Below, piece by piece: positions 1 to 7,943 of a stretch of DNA of 64,000 bases (the stretch's first letter is position 1; the number at the start of each line of letters is the position of its first letter). The stretch is from Candidatus Micrarchaeota archaeon. Lineage in GTDB: Archaea; Micrarchaeota; Micrarchaeia; Micrarchaeales; CABMGC01. The stretch is taken from the NCBI GenBank assembly GCA_046536795.1, contig JAWDMB010000001.1:10449-74448 (forward strand). The letters are read 5' to 3'. The notes beneath the pieces were generated by a model. It saw only the letters and a program-made list of their open reading frames with translations. It was not told the DNA's origin and did not search any database. A program made the position numbers and the translations under genes.

Positions 1-435
1 AGCTGTTGGCCAGAGGCAAAAAGTCAGGCAAATTCTATTACTCCGGGCAAATGGTACTTTTTAGTAAGCAGATATAATGGCTCTTCGCTTAGTTTGTGGA
101 TAAACGGCGTACAAGTAGCAAGTACAGGAGTAAGTGGCAATCTTGCACTTCAGGGAAATGGAAACTATGCATATATAGCAAGCAAATCAAATACTGGCGA
201 TTACTTCAACGGAAAAGTGGCAGACGCACAGATCTACAACACTTCTCTTTCTGCGAGCGAGATTCAGGCGATTTACATGGAGGGCATAGGCGGTGCACCC
301 ATTGACCTGCAGCACCTTGTTGGCTGGTGGCCACTCAACGGCAATGCAAACAACTACAGTGGCAATGGCAACAACGGGCAGATAAACAATGTAAATTTTG
401 TAAGCAACTGGTATAGTGGCTATACACCACCATAA
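1..435 (+). CDS. LamG/concanavalin-A-like domain protein, 3' part (5' end outside window); paralog of 54893..55798
   Basis: Frame 1 is open from nt 1 (..PGKWYFLVSRYNGSSLSLWINGVQVAS.., a LamG-like strand pattern). The last ~70 aa (IYNTSLSASEIQAIY..WWPLNGNANNYSGNGNNGQ..NVNFVSNWYSGYTPP) are nearly identical to the C-terminus of 54893..55798. Confidence 0.7.
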   Translation, partial: SCWPEAKSQANSITPGKWYFLVSRYNGSSLSLWINGVQVASTGVSGNLALQGNGNYAYIASKSNTGDYFNGKVADAQIYNTSLSASEIQAIYMEGIGGAPIDLQHLVGWWPLNGNANNYSGNGNNGQINNVNFVSNWYSGYTPP

Positions 436-457
436 TTTTTGTTAAGTTTGAAAGCAT

Positions 458-511
458 AGAGGCGGCCTTAGCCGCCCTCTAGGCCAGTGCAGAGGCGAAT
501 AGCGCACTGGC
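458..511 (+). terminator. two adjacent GC-rich hairpins just downstream of the stop codon (possible terminator or small structured element)
   Basis: AGAGGCGGC-CTTA-GCCGCC(C)TCT at 458-480 and GCCAGTGC-13 nt-GCACTGGC at 483-511. They form a GC island in an AT-rich spacer. Confidence 0.3.
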
Positions 512-1012
512 AATAATAATTATGCTTGTAAAGATTTATAAATTTTTATACTTCTGTATACTTTTTGTAGTAAAGTATAAATATATTTCTTTTTATATAA
601 TAAGCAGGAGAAAGCGTGCCAACGCTATATAAAATGGCAGTAGCGGCTTGTGCTGCTCTCTAGTTTTTGAGGCGATGGGATGGAGAATAGCGGAGGCACC
701 GGGGCAGAAGCATGGCCATACACAAAGAAAACAAAATACAAGCTGGTAACAGCACTGGAAGCAATATGGAAAGAAACAGAAAGAACAAAGAGCAAAGCAA
801 AGAAATTAGAAGAGCAAATAGACTATGCAAGCCTTGCTGAGATAGCAAGGTGCACTATGAGCATAGTAGAAGCGGCTGTGCTAAGCAAAAAACTAAAGAA
901 ATCTGGCGTAAACAAGAAATATGAGGCAAATGTATACATAGAAGATGGCAAGATTGCATGGCAGCTGACCGGCAACTCTGAGTTGCCGGGCCCCGGGCCC
1001 GTTCTCCATCCA

Positions 1013-1021
1013 ATATTTAAA
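1013..1021 (+). promoter_or_regulatory. TATA-like box for a leaderless nfo transcript
   Basis: ATATTTAAA is centred about 26 nt upstream of ATG 1043. The same spacing is seen upstream of mvk (CTAAAAAATC at 6770-6779 before ATG 6798). Confidence 0.4.
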
Positions 1022-1042
1022 GTTTTGAATCTAATTTTTATC

Positions 1043-1861
1043 ATGCTTAGAATAGGCTACCACGTTTCAATAGCAAAGAGCATAGACCTTTCATTTGACA
1101 GGGCTAAAGAATTAACATGCACAGCTATGCAGCTCTTTGTTACAAACCCAAGGGGCTGGAAGATGCGTGTGCTTAGCAGAGAGGAGAAAGAGCTTTTTGT
1201 TGAAAAGGAAAAGAGTTATGGTATTGAAGTTGTTGCACATATGCCTTATCTACCAAATCTGGCAAGCCCAAAAGAGAATGTTTACAAAGCAAGCATAGAA
1301 GCGCTTAAGCTTAACATAGCTAGGTGCAACGAGCTTGGCATAAAATATCTTGTAACACACCTTGGAAGCACTCTTGGCGTTAATGAGCATGCAGTTGAAA
1401 GAGTAGCAAATGCGATTGCAAGCTGCATAGATAGCTATGATGGCACGCTTCTCCTAGAAAATGAATCCGGCCAGCTGAACAGCGTTGGCTCAAAGCTTGA
1501 AGAGCTAAAAGCAATAAGCGATCTTGTTTCTAGCAAAAAGATAGGCTATTGCTTAGATACCTGCCATGCATTTGAAAGCGGCTATGATATAGCAAAGAAG
1601 GAGGTTGTTGCAGAAATAGCAAATAAGCTTGGCAAAGAAAAGATAAAGGTAATACACTTAAACGATGCAAAATATCCTCTTGGCTCTGGAAAGGATAGGC
1701 ATGCAAATATAGGCCTTGGCTATATAGGCAAAGAAGGCTTTAAGAGCTTCTTCTCAAACGAGTGGCCCAGAGAGAAGATAATTATACTTGAAACACCATA
1801 TAGCGATAAGATAAGCCCAGATGAAGAGCTTAGCCTAGCTAGGAAGCTTGCCGGATTCTAA
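1043..1861 (+). CDS. nfo: endonuclease IV (AP endonuclease family 2, TIM-barrel)
   Basis: From MLRIGYHVS: HMPYLPNLASP, YLVTHLGS, LLLENESG, CLDTCHAF, HLNDAK..GSGKDRHANIG, a typical Nfo metal-ligand pattern at ~272 aa. The track ORF continues in frame upstream to 680 (see finding). Confidence 0.85.
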   Translation: MLRIGYHVSIAKSIDLSFDRAKELTCTAMQLFVTNPRGWKMRVLSREEKELFVEKEKSYGIEVVAHMPYLPNLASPKENVYKASIEALKLNIARCNELGIKYLVTHLGSTLGVNEHAVERVANAIASCIDSYDGTLLLENESGQLNSVGSKLEELKAISDLVSSKKIGYCLDTCHAFESGYDIAKKEVVAEIANKLGKEKIKVIHLNDAKYPLGSGKDRHANIGLGYIGKEGFKSFFSNEWPREKIIILETPYSDKISPDEELSLARKLAGF

Positions 1862-1873
1862 TTTGGTGGTTTT

Positions 1874-3445
1874 TTGTTTGAAAACACTTTCGCTAGGGTA
1901 GAGAAGATATTATACCTTAGAAAAGGCTTTAAGCCAAAGTGGGCTTGGAAAAGGGTGTTTTTCAAAAGCTTTTCCTTGCCAAAAAGTATAAACAAGCATA
2001 TTCTTATTTCTGGCGAATCTGGCAGCGGCAAGTCAAACGCTGCTAAGATGCTCTTAAAGTATTTAAGCGAGAAAGGTGCTAACTTCATACTCTTTGATCC
2101 ACATGATGAATACATAGACCTTCCAAGCGCTACAAATGCAAGTATATACGATGCAAGCGTTATAGGCGCTGATATGTTTGCATTAGATGGTATGAGCATA
2201 AAGGAGAAGAGCATTGAATTGACAGAACTTTTTAGAAAGGTGTTTAGACTTGGCGAGGTGCAGAGCAATACACTTTACAGGCTCATAAGCTATACCTATA
2301 ATTTGTTTGCGGAGAAGGGCAAAGTGCCAAGCATTTCAAGCATTCTTTATTCAATAAGTGTTTTTAAGAAGCATGCAAGCAAGGGTGAGCTCGCTATTCT
2401 AAACAGCCTTGAAAAACGTTTCATGCTAGCAAGCGAGCTTGGAAGCAAAAGTATTGATATAGGCAAGCTTCTAAATGAAAAAAGCATATTTGCACTCTCT
2501 TCTTTGCATACAAGCGAGGCGCAAGCTATTTATATAGAAGGCTTTCTCAGGAAGCTCTATAGCTATATTCTAAGCAACAAGCATGCTCGCGAATTATATA
2601 TTGTTATAGATGAAATTGAGAAACTTGGGCAAAGCAGCATATTGGCTAGATTGGCAAACGAGGGCAGGAAGTATGGCATTGGCATTATAGCAATTGCACA
2701 GCATGCGAAGAGCGTTGAAAAGAGCATAAGAGGCAATGCCTCTACAGTACTAGCCTTTTACCAAAGGGAGCCTGAAGAGCTTAATTATGTAGCGAATATG
2801 ATATCTGGCGGCAATGAGCTTGATAGATTTATAGAGATAAAGAAAGAGCTTAGAAAGCTAAAGCAGGGCTATGCTATAGCTCTTACAACAAGCAATGTCG
2901 AGCTTGTAAAATTTGGCCTCTTTGAAGGCAGAGAGGATGTCAGCTATTATCTCTTCAAGCTTGCAAAAGAGCCGATAAGAGAAGAGACACTTTTTGAAAA
3001 GCTAAGCATGTTTGGCAGAGAGGAGATAATGAAAAGCATAGACATGCTAGCAAGCAAAGGGCTTCTTGGCTCCTATACCTTATATGCTAAGCAGTACAAG
3101 GGCAGGTATTATATGATTAAGCAAAGAAACAGCGTAGAGCATGACATTATGGTTCATTTAATAAGCATGCACCTCAAAAAGCATGGCATAGGCAATAAGG
3201 TGTATAATACAAGCTATGGCCCGGATATTATTGCAAGAATGGGCAGGAAAAGAATAGCGATAGAGTATGAGACTGGAAGAAAGAATGAGGAAGAAACATT
3301 AGCAATGCTTGAGAAAAGGAAAATGTATTTCGACAAGGTTATTGTAATTTCAAACATGCCTATTTTTTCAAAAATAAAATCTGAGGGCATAGAAACATTA
3401 AATGCAAATGAATTCTTTGAAAAAGAGCCAAGTAATTATTTTTAA
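1874..3445 (+). CDS. HerA/FtsK/VirB4-like (DUF87-type) P-loop ATPase with C-terminal wHTH-like and PD-(D/E)xK-like nuclease segments
   Basis: Walker A ISGESGSGKSNAAK, FDPHDEY, GEVQSNTLYRL, Walker B LYIVIDEIEKL, EGRKYGIGIIAIAQH. C-terminus has VEHDIMVHL..GPDIIARMGRKRIAIEYETG. TTG start. Confidence 0.7.
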   Translation: MFENTFARVEKILYLRKGFKPKWAWKRVFFKSFSLPKSINKHILISGESGSGKSNAAKMLLKYLSEKGANFILFDPHDEYIDLPSATNASIYDASVIGADMFALDGMSIKEKSIELTELFRKVFRLGEVQSNTLYRLISYTYNLFAEKGKVPSISSILYSISVFKKHASKGELAILNSLEKRFMLASELGSKSIDIGKLLNEKSIFALSSLHTSEAQAIYIEGFLRKLYSYILSNKHARELYIVIDEIEKLGQSSILARLANEGRKYGIGIIAIAQHAKSVEKSIRGNASTVLAFYQREPEELNYVANMISGGNELDRFIEIKKELRKLKQGYAIALTTSNVELVKFGLFEGREDVSYYLFKLAKEPIREETLFEKLSMFGREEIMKSIDMLASKGLLGSYTLYAKQYKGRYYMIKQRNSVEHDIMVHLISMHLKKHGIGNKVYNTSYGPDIIARMGRKRIAIEYETGRKNEEETLAMLEKRKMYFDKVIVISNMPIFSKIKSEGIETLNANEFFEKEPSNYF

Positions 3446-3897
3446 CTTGTAACTTTTGCTATTATCTTACCAAATGTTCCCTCGCTAATAAGAGAGGCTT
3501 CATCTGTATAATTAATAGAGATGTAGCCAGTATATACACTGCCAGCCCGCATGCCTTGAGCTCCTGAGCAATATGTGGTAAATGTATAGCTAGCACCTCT
3601 TGGCAGGTATACAGGCCCTATACTTTGCATGTTTGAAAGCGCTTTGCTTGAACAACCCAATGCTGTTATGTTTATAGGATCCTGCATAGTGTTCTCTATA
3701 GTTATATTAAGCAAGCCGTTTGATGATAAAGAGAAGGATTTGCATACAAAGCCCATAGGCAGTTCGCATCTGCTAATTACATATGTGCTTGAGTTAAAAA
3801 CTCCAAATGAGTAGAAAACAACAAGCATTAAAGAGATTATTGCTATTGTTGAAAGATAAGCGTTTAGATAATCGGCAACTACCTGAAGCCTCTTCAT
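3442..3897 (-). CDS. small class III signal peptide (archaeal type IV pilin-like) protein
   Basis: N-terminus QVVADYLNAYLSTIAIISLMLVVFYSFGVFN aligns residue for residue with QSAMEYLMTYGWAILIISVVLAALFQLGVFN of 54893..55798. Cys-containing, N-X-S/T-rich ectodomain. Confidence 0.55.
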   Translation of the reverse strand: MKRLQVVADYLNAYLSTIAIISLMLVVFYSFGVFNSSTYVISRCELPMGFVCKSFSLSSNGLLNITIENTMQDPINITALGCSSKALSNMQSIGPVYLPRGASYTFTTYCSGAQGMRAGSVYTGYISINYTDEASLISEGTFGKIIAKVTS

Positions 3898-3932
3898 GTA
3901 TTTGCTATGTGATTAAAAAATTTAAATAGCTA

Positions 3933-6623
3933 TTAAGCTCCTTGCTTTTCTTTTACAACATTCTTATCGCTTTCTTTTGCATTGCCATCGTTTTCCTTTG
4001 CAGCATTCTCATCAAGTTCTATCGATTTTTCATATTTCCTGAATAGACTATAGAAGAGCTCCTTCTCTGCTTCTACCACTTCCATCTTCTCCTTCAAGTC
4101 ATTCTTAAATCTATTTTCAATACTTGCTCTCAGCACCTCGCCTGAGCCAATCTCAATCTCAACATAGGCATAGCCGTTTAGCATATCGTCGCCTGGCACG
4201 CTTACATTTATTCTCTTAAGGAAAGGATCATCTGAACTTCTCTGAAGTGCTGGGCTAAATACTGCAATCTTTCCGTTAAATGCATAGCCTTCTGCAACAT
4301 GGTGGTGGCCGCTTGCTATTAGATTAGCGTTGCTCTTCTTTGCTATAAGAGAATTAGCAAAAGCGGTATTCTTTGGCATCTCATGAGCTACTTCTATTAC
4401 ATAGCTGTTTCCTTTGTAGTTTATTGTAAACACATCAGCTCCGTATTCGCCGCCGGGTGCTATCTTTATATGCTCCTTCCAGTCAGATGGCAATTCATTA
4501 GTATGGCTCTCAAGCACTGTAAACAGGTAATCCCTTATTCTTGTCGCCTCGTCAAACTGCCAGCCATCTTCGCTCTTGTTATAGTGGTTGCCTGAAGAAA
4601 GGAGCAAATAGCCGCCGCGCTTAATAAACTCAATAAGCGTTGGAAGCATAAGCCTTAGCACTATGCCTGTCTGCTCATCTATATTGTGTATTCTCCACAT
4701 CTCCTTCTCTTGGTAGTAGGCTAGCATTATTTCATTTATTTCTTCTTTTTGCAAGCCCTGCTTCTCAAGGAATGCCCTGAATCTTGTGCTATCATCAGTA
4801 AGGCTTGACTGCCTTTGCACATTCTTATAATTGTTGTGATTGCCTTCTATCAACTCTGACATTATTATTATATCCGGCTTTTTCTCTGCAATATCCCTTA
4901 TCGCGGCCTTCAGCATGGGCATATTTACATAATTGCCCATGTGTATATCTTGCAGTAATGCAATCTTTAGCTGCTTGCCCTCGATAATGTCGCCTTTTCT
5001 TAAAAGGGATTTTGCAAAATCTTCATCAATATACTTAAGCTCTCTTTCCTTTATCTCGCTAGGCCTCTTGTTTGACAATATAGCATGTTCAAGCTCCTGC
5101 TTGAATGCACCATTTCCATTGCGCCCCTTCTTTGGAGGGTTTTTAATCATGTTAAGAAGCTGTTCAAGCTTTGGCTGCTCTTCAATATCACTCTTTAATC
5201 TCTCATTAGCCAGGAAGCTAGGATAAAGTATTTCTATTTTAGGCGTTCCCTCATTAAGGGTTAGCATTGTGGCTGTTGAGCCGAGAAGCCCTTTATCAAC
5301 AGCTTTGGTCTCATCTGTTATAATTCCAAGATTATGCAGCATTGCCAATTTTTCCATATCTACGAATGGGCCCTGGTTTAATATAGTAAGCAAGCCTTTT
5401 GAATTGTTTAGCAATGGTCTAAACTTAAAATTAGTATATATGTTTCTTCCTCTTATAAATACAACATTTTCATCCTTGCCTATCTTGAATACACCATTTT
5501 CCATATATTTGTATAGCATGCTTGCCTCATCAACATTGCCCTTAAGCTTATAAGCCTCTATCGGGCTTTCTACAACGATTGTATGGCCATTTACCTTATA
5601 TTCAGCAACACGTTCAACCTGCAATATAAGATTCTGCCATCTTCCGAATGCATACTTTATAGATGACTTGTAGTAATCTAGCGCTATCTCATGTATAAGG
5701 TCTGCAGCCGATTTTGTAATAGGTATCTGCCTTGTAAAGATAAGAGCCTGCGACTTGCTTTTAGCTAGATTCTCTGTTGTATTCTCTTCAATGGATTCAT
5801 TAAGCCTTCTATCAAGAGCCCTTAGCTTTGAAGCTATACCTTTTGCTTTACCCTTAAGCTTATTGTATTCATCTATTGAGCCACCGCCCTCCTTTATCTT
5901 CTTCATCTCTTTTCTTATCTCCCTAAGCTTTGCTTTCTCTTTTTCTATAGAAGCCTTAATCTCTTCAGGATCTTTCTTCATTAAAGCCTTTTCATACAGC
6001 TCAGTTAGTAGCGAAGCCCTTTGCTGAAGCTCATCGGCCTCCTCCTTGTTTAGCTTTATCTTAGCATCTATATTAGCGAGCTCTTCAAACAGCTTAAACC
6101 TTTCTTCGTCAGTTGCATTGTTAAGCTGGGCCTTAAGCGCTTTTCTCGATTCTATTGTAGACTTTATTATTGCTTTCCTAGCGCTTATGCCTTCATAAAT
6201 AATCTCTATTCTCTTTGCTATTCCTTCTGGATTATAGTTGAATTCATAGATCAGCTGGTCTTCTATATGCTTAATATTCTCAACATCTTCCTTGCCAAAC
6301 GCATATACAACTTGTGCGTTTTGAGGAAGCTCTTTGAGTATTCTTTCAAGATGTGGCTTTATAACAGCAGCAGCATCTTCTATGTTTGCAACACCTTCCT
6401 CAACAACCAGCAAGCGGTTAAAGTTGCCGCGAGAGCCTTTTCTAGGCAAATCTGGAATGGCGCCTCCAATCACAACAACAAAATCAGGTCTTTTACTCTT
6501 TTCAAGCGTGCTAAGGTAATGCGCTAAGCCTATAAAATTATCGTCGCTCTCATATTTTGTAGAGCCGCCTATCTGATATAAGGCAAGAATCCTGCATTCC
6601 CCCACAGTAGTTGAGTCAGCCAT
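3933..6623 (-). CDS. 896-aa tandem metallophosphoesterase-like protein (degenerate N-terminal copy with coiled-coil insert, intact C-terminal copy)
   Basis: C-terminal copy has LLQDIHMGN, SELIEGNH, LLSSGNHYN, ASGHHHV (calcineurin/Mre11-type motifs I-V). The N-terminal copy has the same spacing with motifs lost (ALYQIGG, VIGGAIPD, AFGKED, IRGRNIY). K/E-rich heptad-like segment at aa ~145-300. Confidence 0.65.
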   Translation of the reverse strand: MADSTTVGECRILALYQIGGSTKYESDDNFIGLAHYLSTLEKSKRPDFVVVIGGAIPDLPRKGSRGNFNRLLVVEEGVANIEDAAAVIKPHLERILKELPQNAQVVYAFGKEDVENIKHIEDQLIYEFNYNPEGIAKRIEIIYEGISARKAIIKSTIESRKALKAQLNNATDEERFKLFEELANIDAKIKLNKEEADELQQRASLLTELYEKALMKKDPEEIKASIEKEKAKLREIRKEMKKIKEGGGSIDEYNKLKGKAKGIASKLRALDRRLNESIEENTTENLAKSKSQALIFTRQIPITKSAADLIHEIALDYYKSSIKYAFGRWQNLILQVERVAEYKVNGHTIVVESPIEAYKLKGNVDEASMLYKYMENGVFKIGKDENVVFIRGRNIYTNFKFRPLLNNSKGLLTILNQGPFVDMEKLAMLHNLGIITDETKAVDKGLLGSTATMLTLNEGTPKIEILYPSFLANERLKSDIEEQPKLEQLLNMIKNPPKKGRNGNGAFKQELEHAILSNKRPSEIKERELKYIDEDFAKSLLRKGDIIEGKQLKIALLQDIHMGNYVNMPMLKAAIRDIAEKKPDIIIMSELIEGNHNNYKNVQRQSSLTDDSTRFRAFLEKQGLQKEEINEIMLAYYQEKEMWRIHNIDEQTGIVLRLMLPTLIEFIKRGGYLLLSSGNHYNKSEDGWQFDEATRIRDYLFTVLESHTNELPSDWKEHIKIAPGGEYGADVFTINYKGNSYVIEVAHEMPKNTAFANSLIAKKSNANLIASGHHHVAEGYAFNGKIAVFSPALQRSSDDPFLKRINVSVPGDDMLNGYAYVEIEIGSGEVLRASIENRFKNDLKEKMEVVEAEKELFYSLFRKYEKSIELDENAAKENDGNAKESDKNVVKEKQGA

Positions 6624-6648
6624 AGACTCAATATTAAGGAAGCTTAAA

Positions 6649-6662
6649 AATATTTAAATATT
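6649..6662. promoter_or_regulatory. palindromic TATA-like element in a divergent promoter region
   Basis: AATATTTAAATATT is a perfect palindrome about 30 nt upstream of the ATG (6623) of the minus-strand phosphoesterase gene. Confidence 0.3.
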
Positions 6663-6797
6663 CCACAATTCCACTATTATACTTGTATACTTTCTTTACC
6701 TAAGCTACATTTTGTCTAGAAAAAGTAAACAAAACTGATTTAGTCAAATACCATAGCAATCGCTAAAGGCTAAAAAATCTAGCATAGATAAATAAGC

Positions 6798-7799
6798 ATG
6801 CAAGCAAGGGCACCAGGGGTTATTAAGCTATTGGGCGAGCATGCTGTTGTTTATGGCAAGCTTTCGCTAGCGAGTGCAATAAGCCTTTATGCACATGCAA
6901 AAGCAGAGAAGAAAGGTAGCGAATTTGCGATTGAGCTAAAGGATTTTTCAAAGAGCTATGAGCTGAGCGAGAATGAGCTAAGAAGAATATATCAAAAATA
7001 TGAAAAGAAGAAAAGCTTCGAAGAATTTGCAGCGAATGAAGATGCTATGCTATTGCCATACGCAACGATAGCAAGCATTCTAGCAAGGAAGCAGAGCTTA
7101 GAAGGCATAAAGATAAGCATAAGCTCAGAAATACCTGTGCAGAAGGGCTATGCAAGCAGTGCAGCATGCTCAACAGCATTTGCCTTGGCTTTGGCAAGCG
7201 CAATTGGCTTAGAAATGAGCGATAATGAAATGGTAGAGCTTGCGAGGAATGGCGACAAGGTAATACACAAGAACGAGGGTGCAGGAAGAATAGATATTAA
7301 TGCTTCTTACTATGGCGGCATAGTTAGCTACTCTAGCAAAGAAGGAGCAAAAAGGGAAGAGATAAACGCTAACTTAAACCTATTTGTTGTTGATACAGGC
7401 CCAAAGAAGAGCACAGCAGAGACCGTTGGCCACGTAGCACAGCTCTACAATGAAAGAAGAGAAGAAACGAATGCAATGCTAAATGAGATAGATGCAATAG
7501 CAAGGCAGGGCATAGCGTTGCTAAAGGCAAACAGGCTAAAGGAATTTGGCGAGCTAATGTATAGAAATCATGAATTGCTAAAAATGCTTGGCGTATCGAG
7601 CGAAGGATTAGACAAAGCGGTGGAGAAGGCAAGGGCACATGGCATGCTAGGGGCAAAGCTGAGCGGAGGTGGAGGCGGAGGTATCGCAATAGTATTAGCA
7701 GATGAAGGCAAAGAAGACTTAGATTTTTTCAAAGAGATGGGCTTTAGCGTTAGGAAGGTAAGCATAGATTATAATGGTGCAAAAGGATTAAGCAGGTAA
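6798..7799 (+). CDS. mvk: mevalonate kinase
   Basis: APGVIKLLGEHAVVYG, GYASSAACSTA, KLSGGGGGGIAI (GHMP kinase motifs in mevalonate-kinase arrangement). Confidence 0.9.
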   Translation: MQARAPGVIKLLGEHAVVYGKLSLASAISLYAHAKAEKKGSEFAIELKDFSKSYELSENELRRIYQKYEKKKSFEEFAANEDAMLLPYATIASILARKQSLEGIKISISSEIPVQKGYASSAACSTAFALALASAIGLEMSDNEMVELARNGDKVIHKNEGAGRIDINASYYGGIVSYSSKEGAKREEINANLNLFVVDTGPKKSTAETVGHVAQLYNERREETNAMLNEIDAIARQGIALLKANRLKEFGELMYRNHELLKMLGVSSEGLDKAVEKARAHGMLGAKLSGGGGGGIAIVLADEGKEDLDFFKEMGFSVRKVSIDYNGAKGLSR

Positions 7800-7943
7800 G
7801 TTAAATAGCTTAAATTTCTTTTTTCAAAATGATCTTGCAGAATTTTCGCAAGAAAAATAGAAGTGCGTTTATTTGTTTTTGAAAAATAAGGTATTTTAAA
7901 ATTAAAGTTAAAGTTGTATTAAAAATATGCAGAGGTAAATTTT

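Noticed and set aside
678-1011. Perfect 10-bp inverted repeat GGATGGAGAA (678-687) / TTCTCCATCC (1002-1011), which could be the closing helix of a ~330-nt structured RNA (RNase P or SRP RNA).
   Set aside because: A 10-bp inverted match within a few hundred nt is expected by chance several times in a 64-kb window. The interior is purine-rich with few complementary pyrimidine tracts, and I could not place the universal RNase P (GAGGAAAGUCC / ACAGAA..GGCUUA) or SRP helix-8 motifs. It is kept only as one option in the 600-1042 finding.
7820-7860. Hairpin CTTGC-AGAATTTTC-GCAAG with flanking T-runs after mvk, considered as an insertion scar or att site of the RM island.
   Set aside because: The 5-bp stem is short, and no matching copy was found at the other end of the island. 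It is more simply an mvk terminator region.
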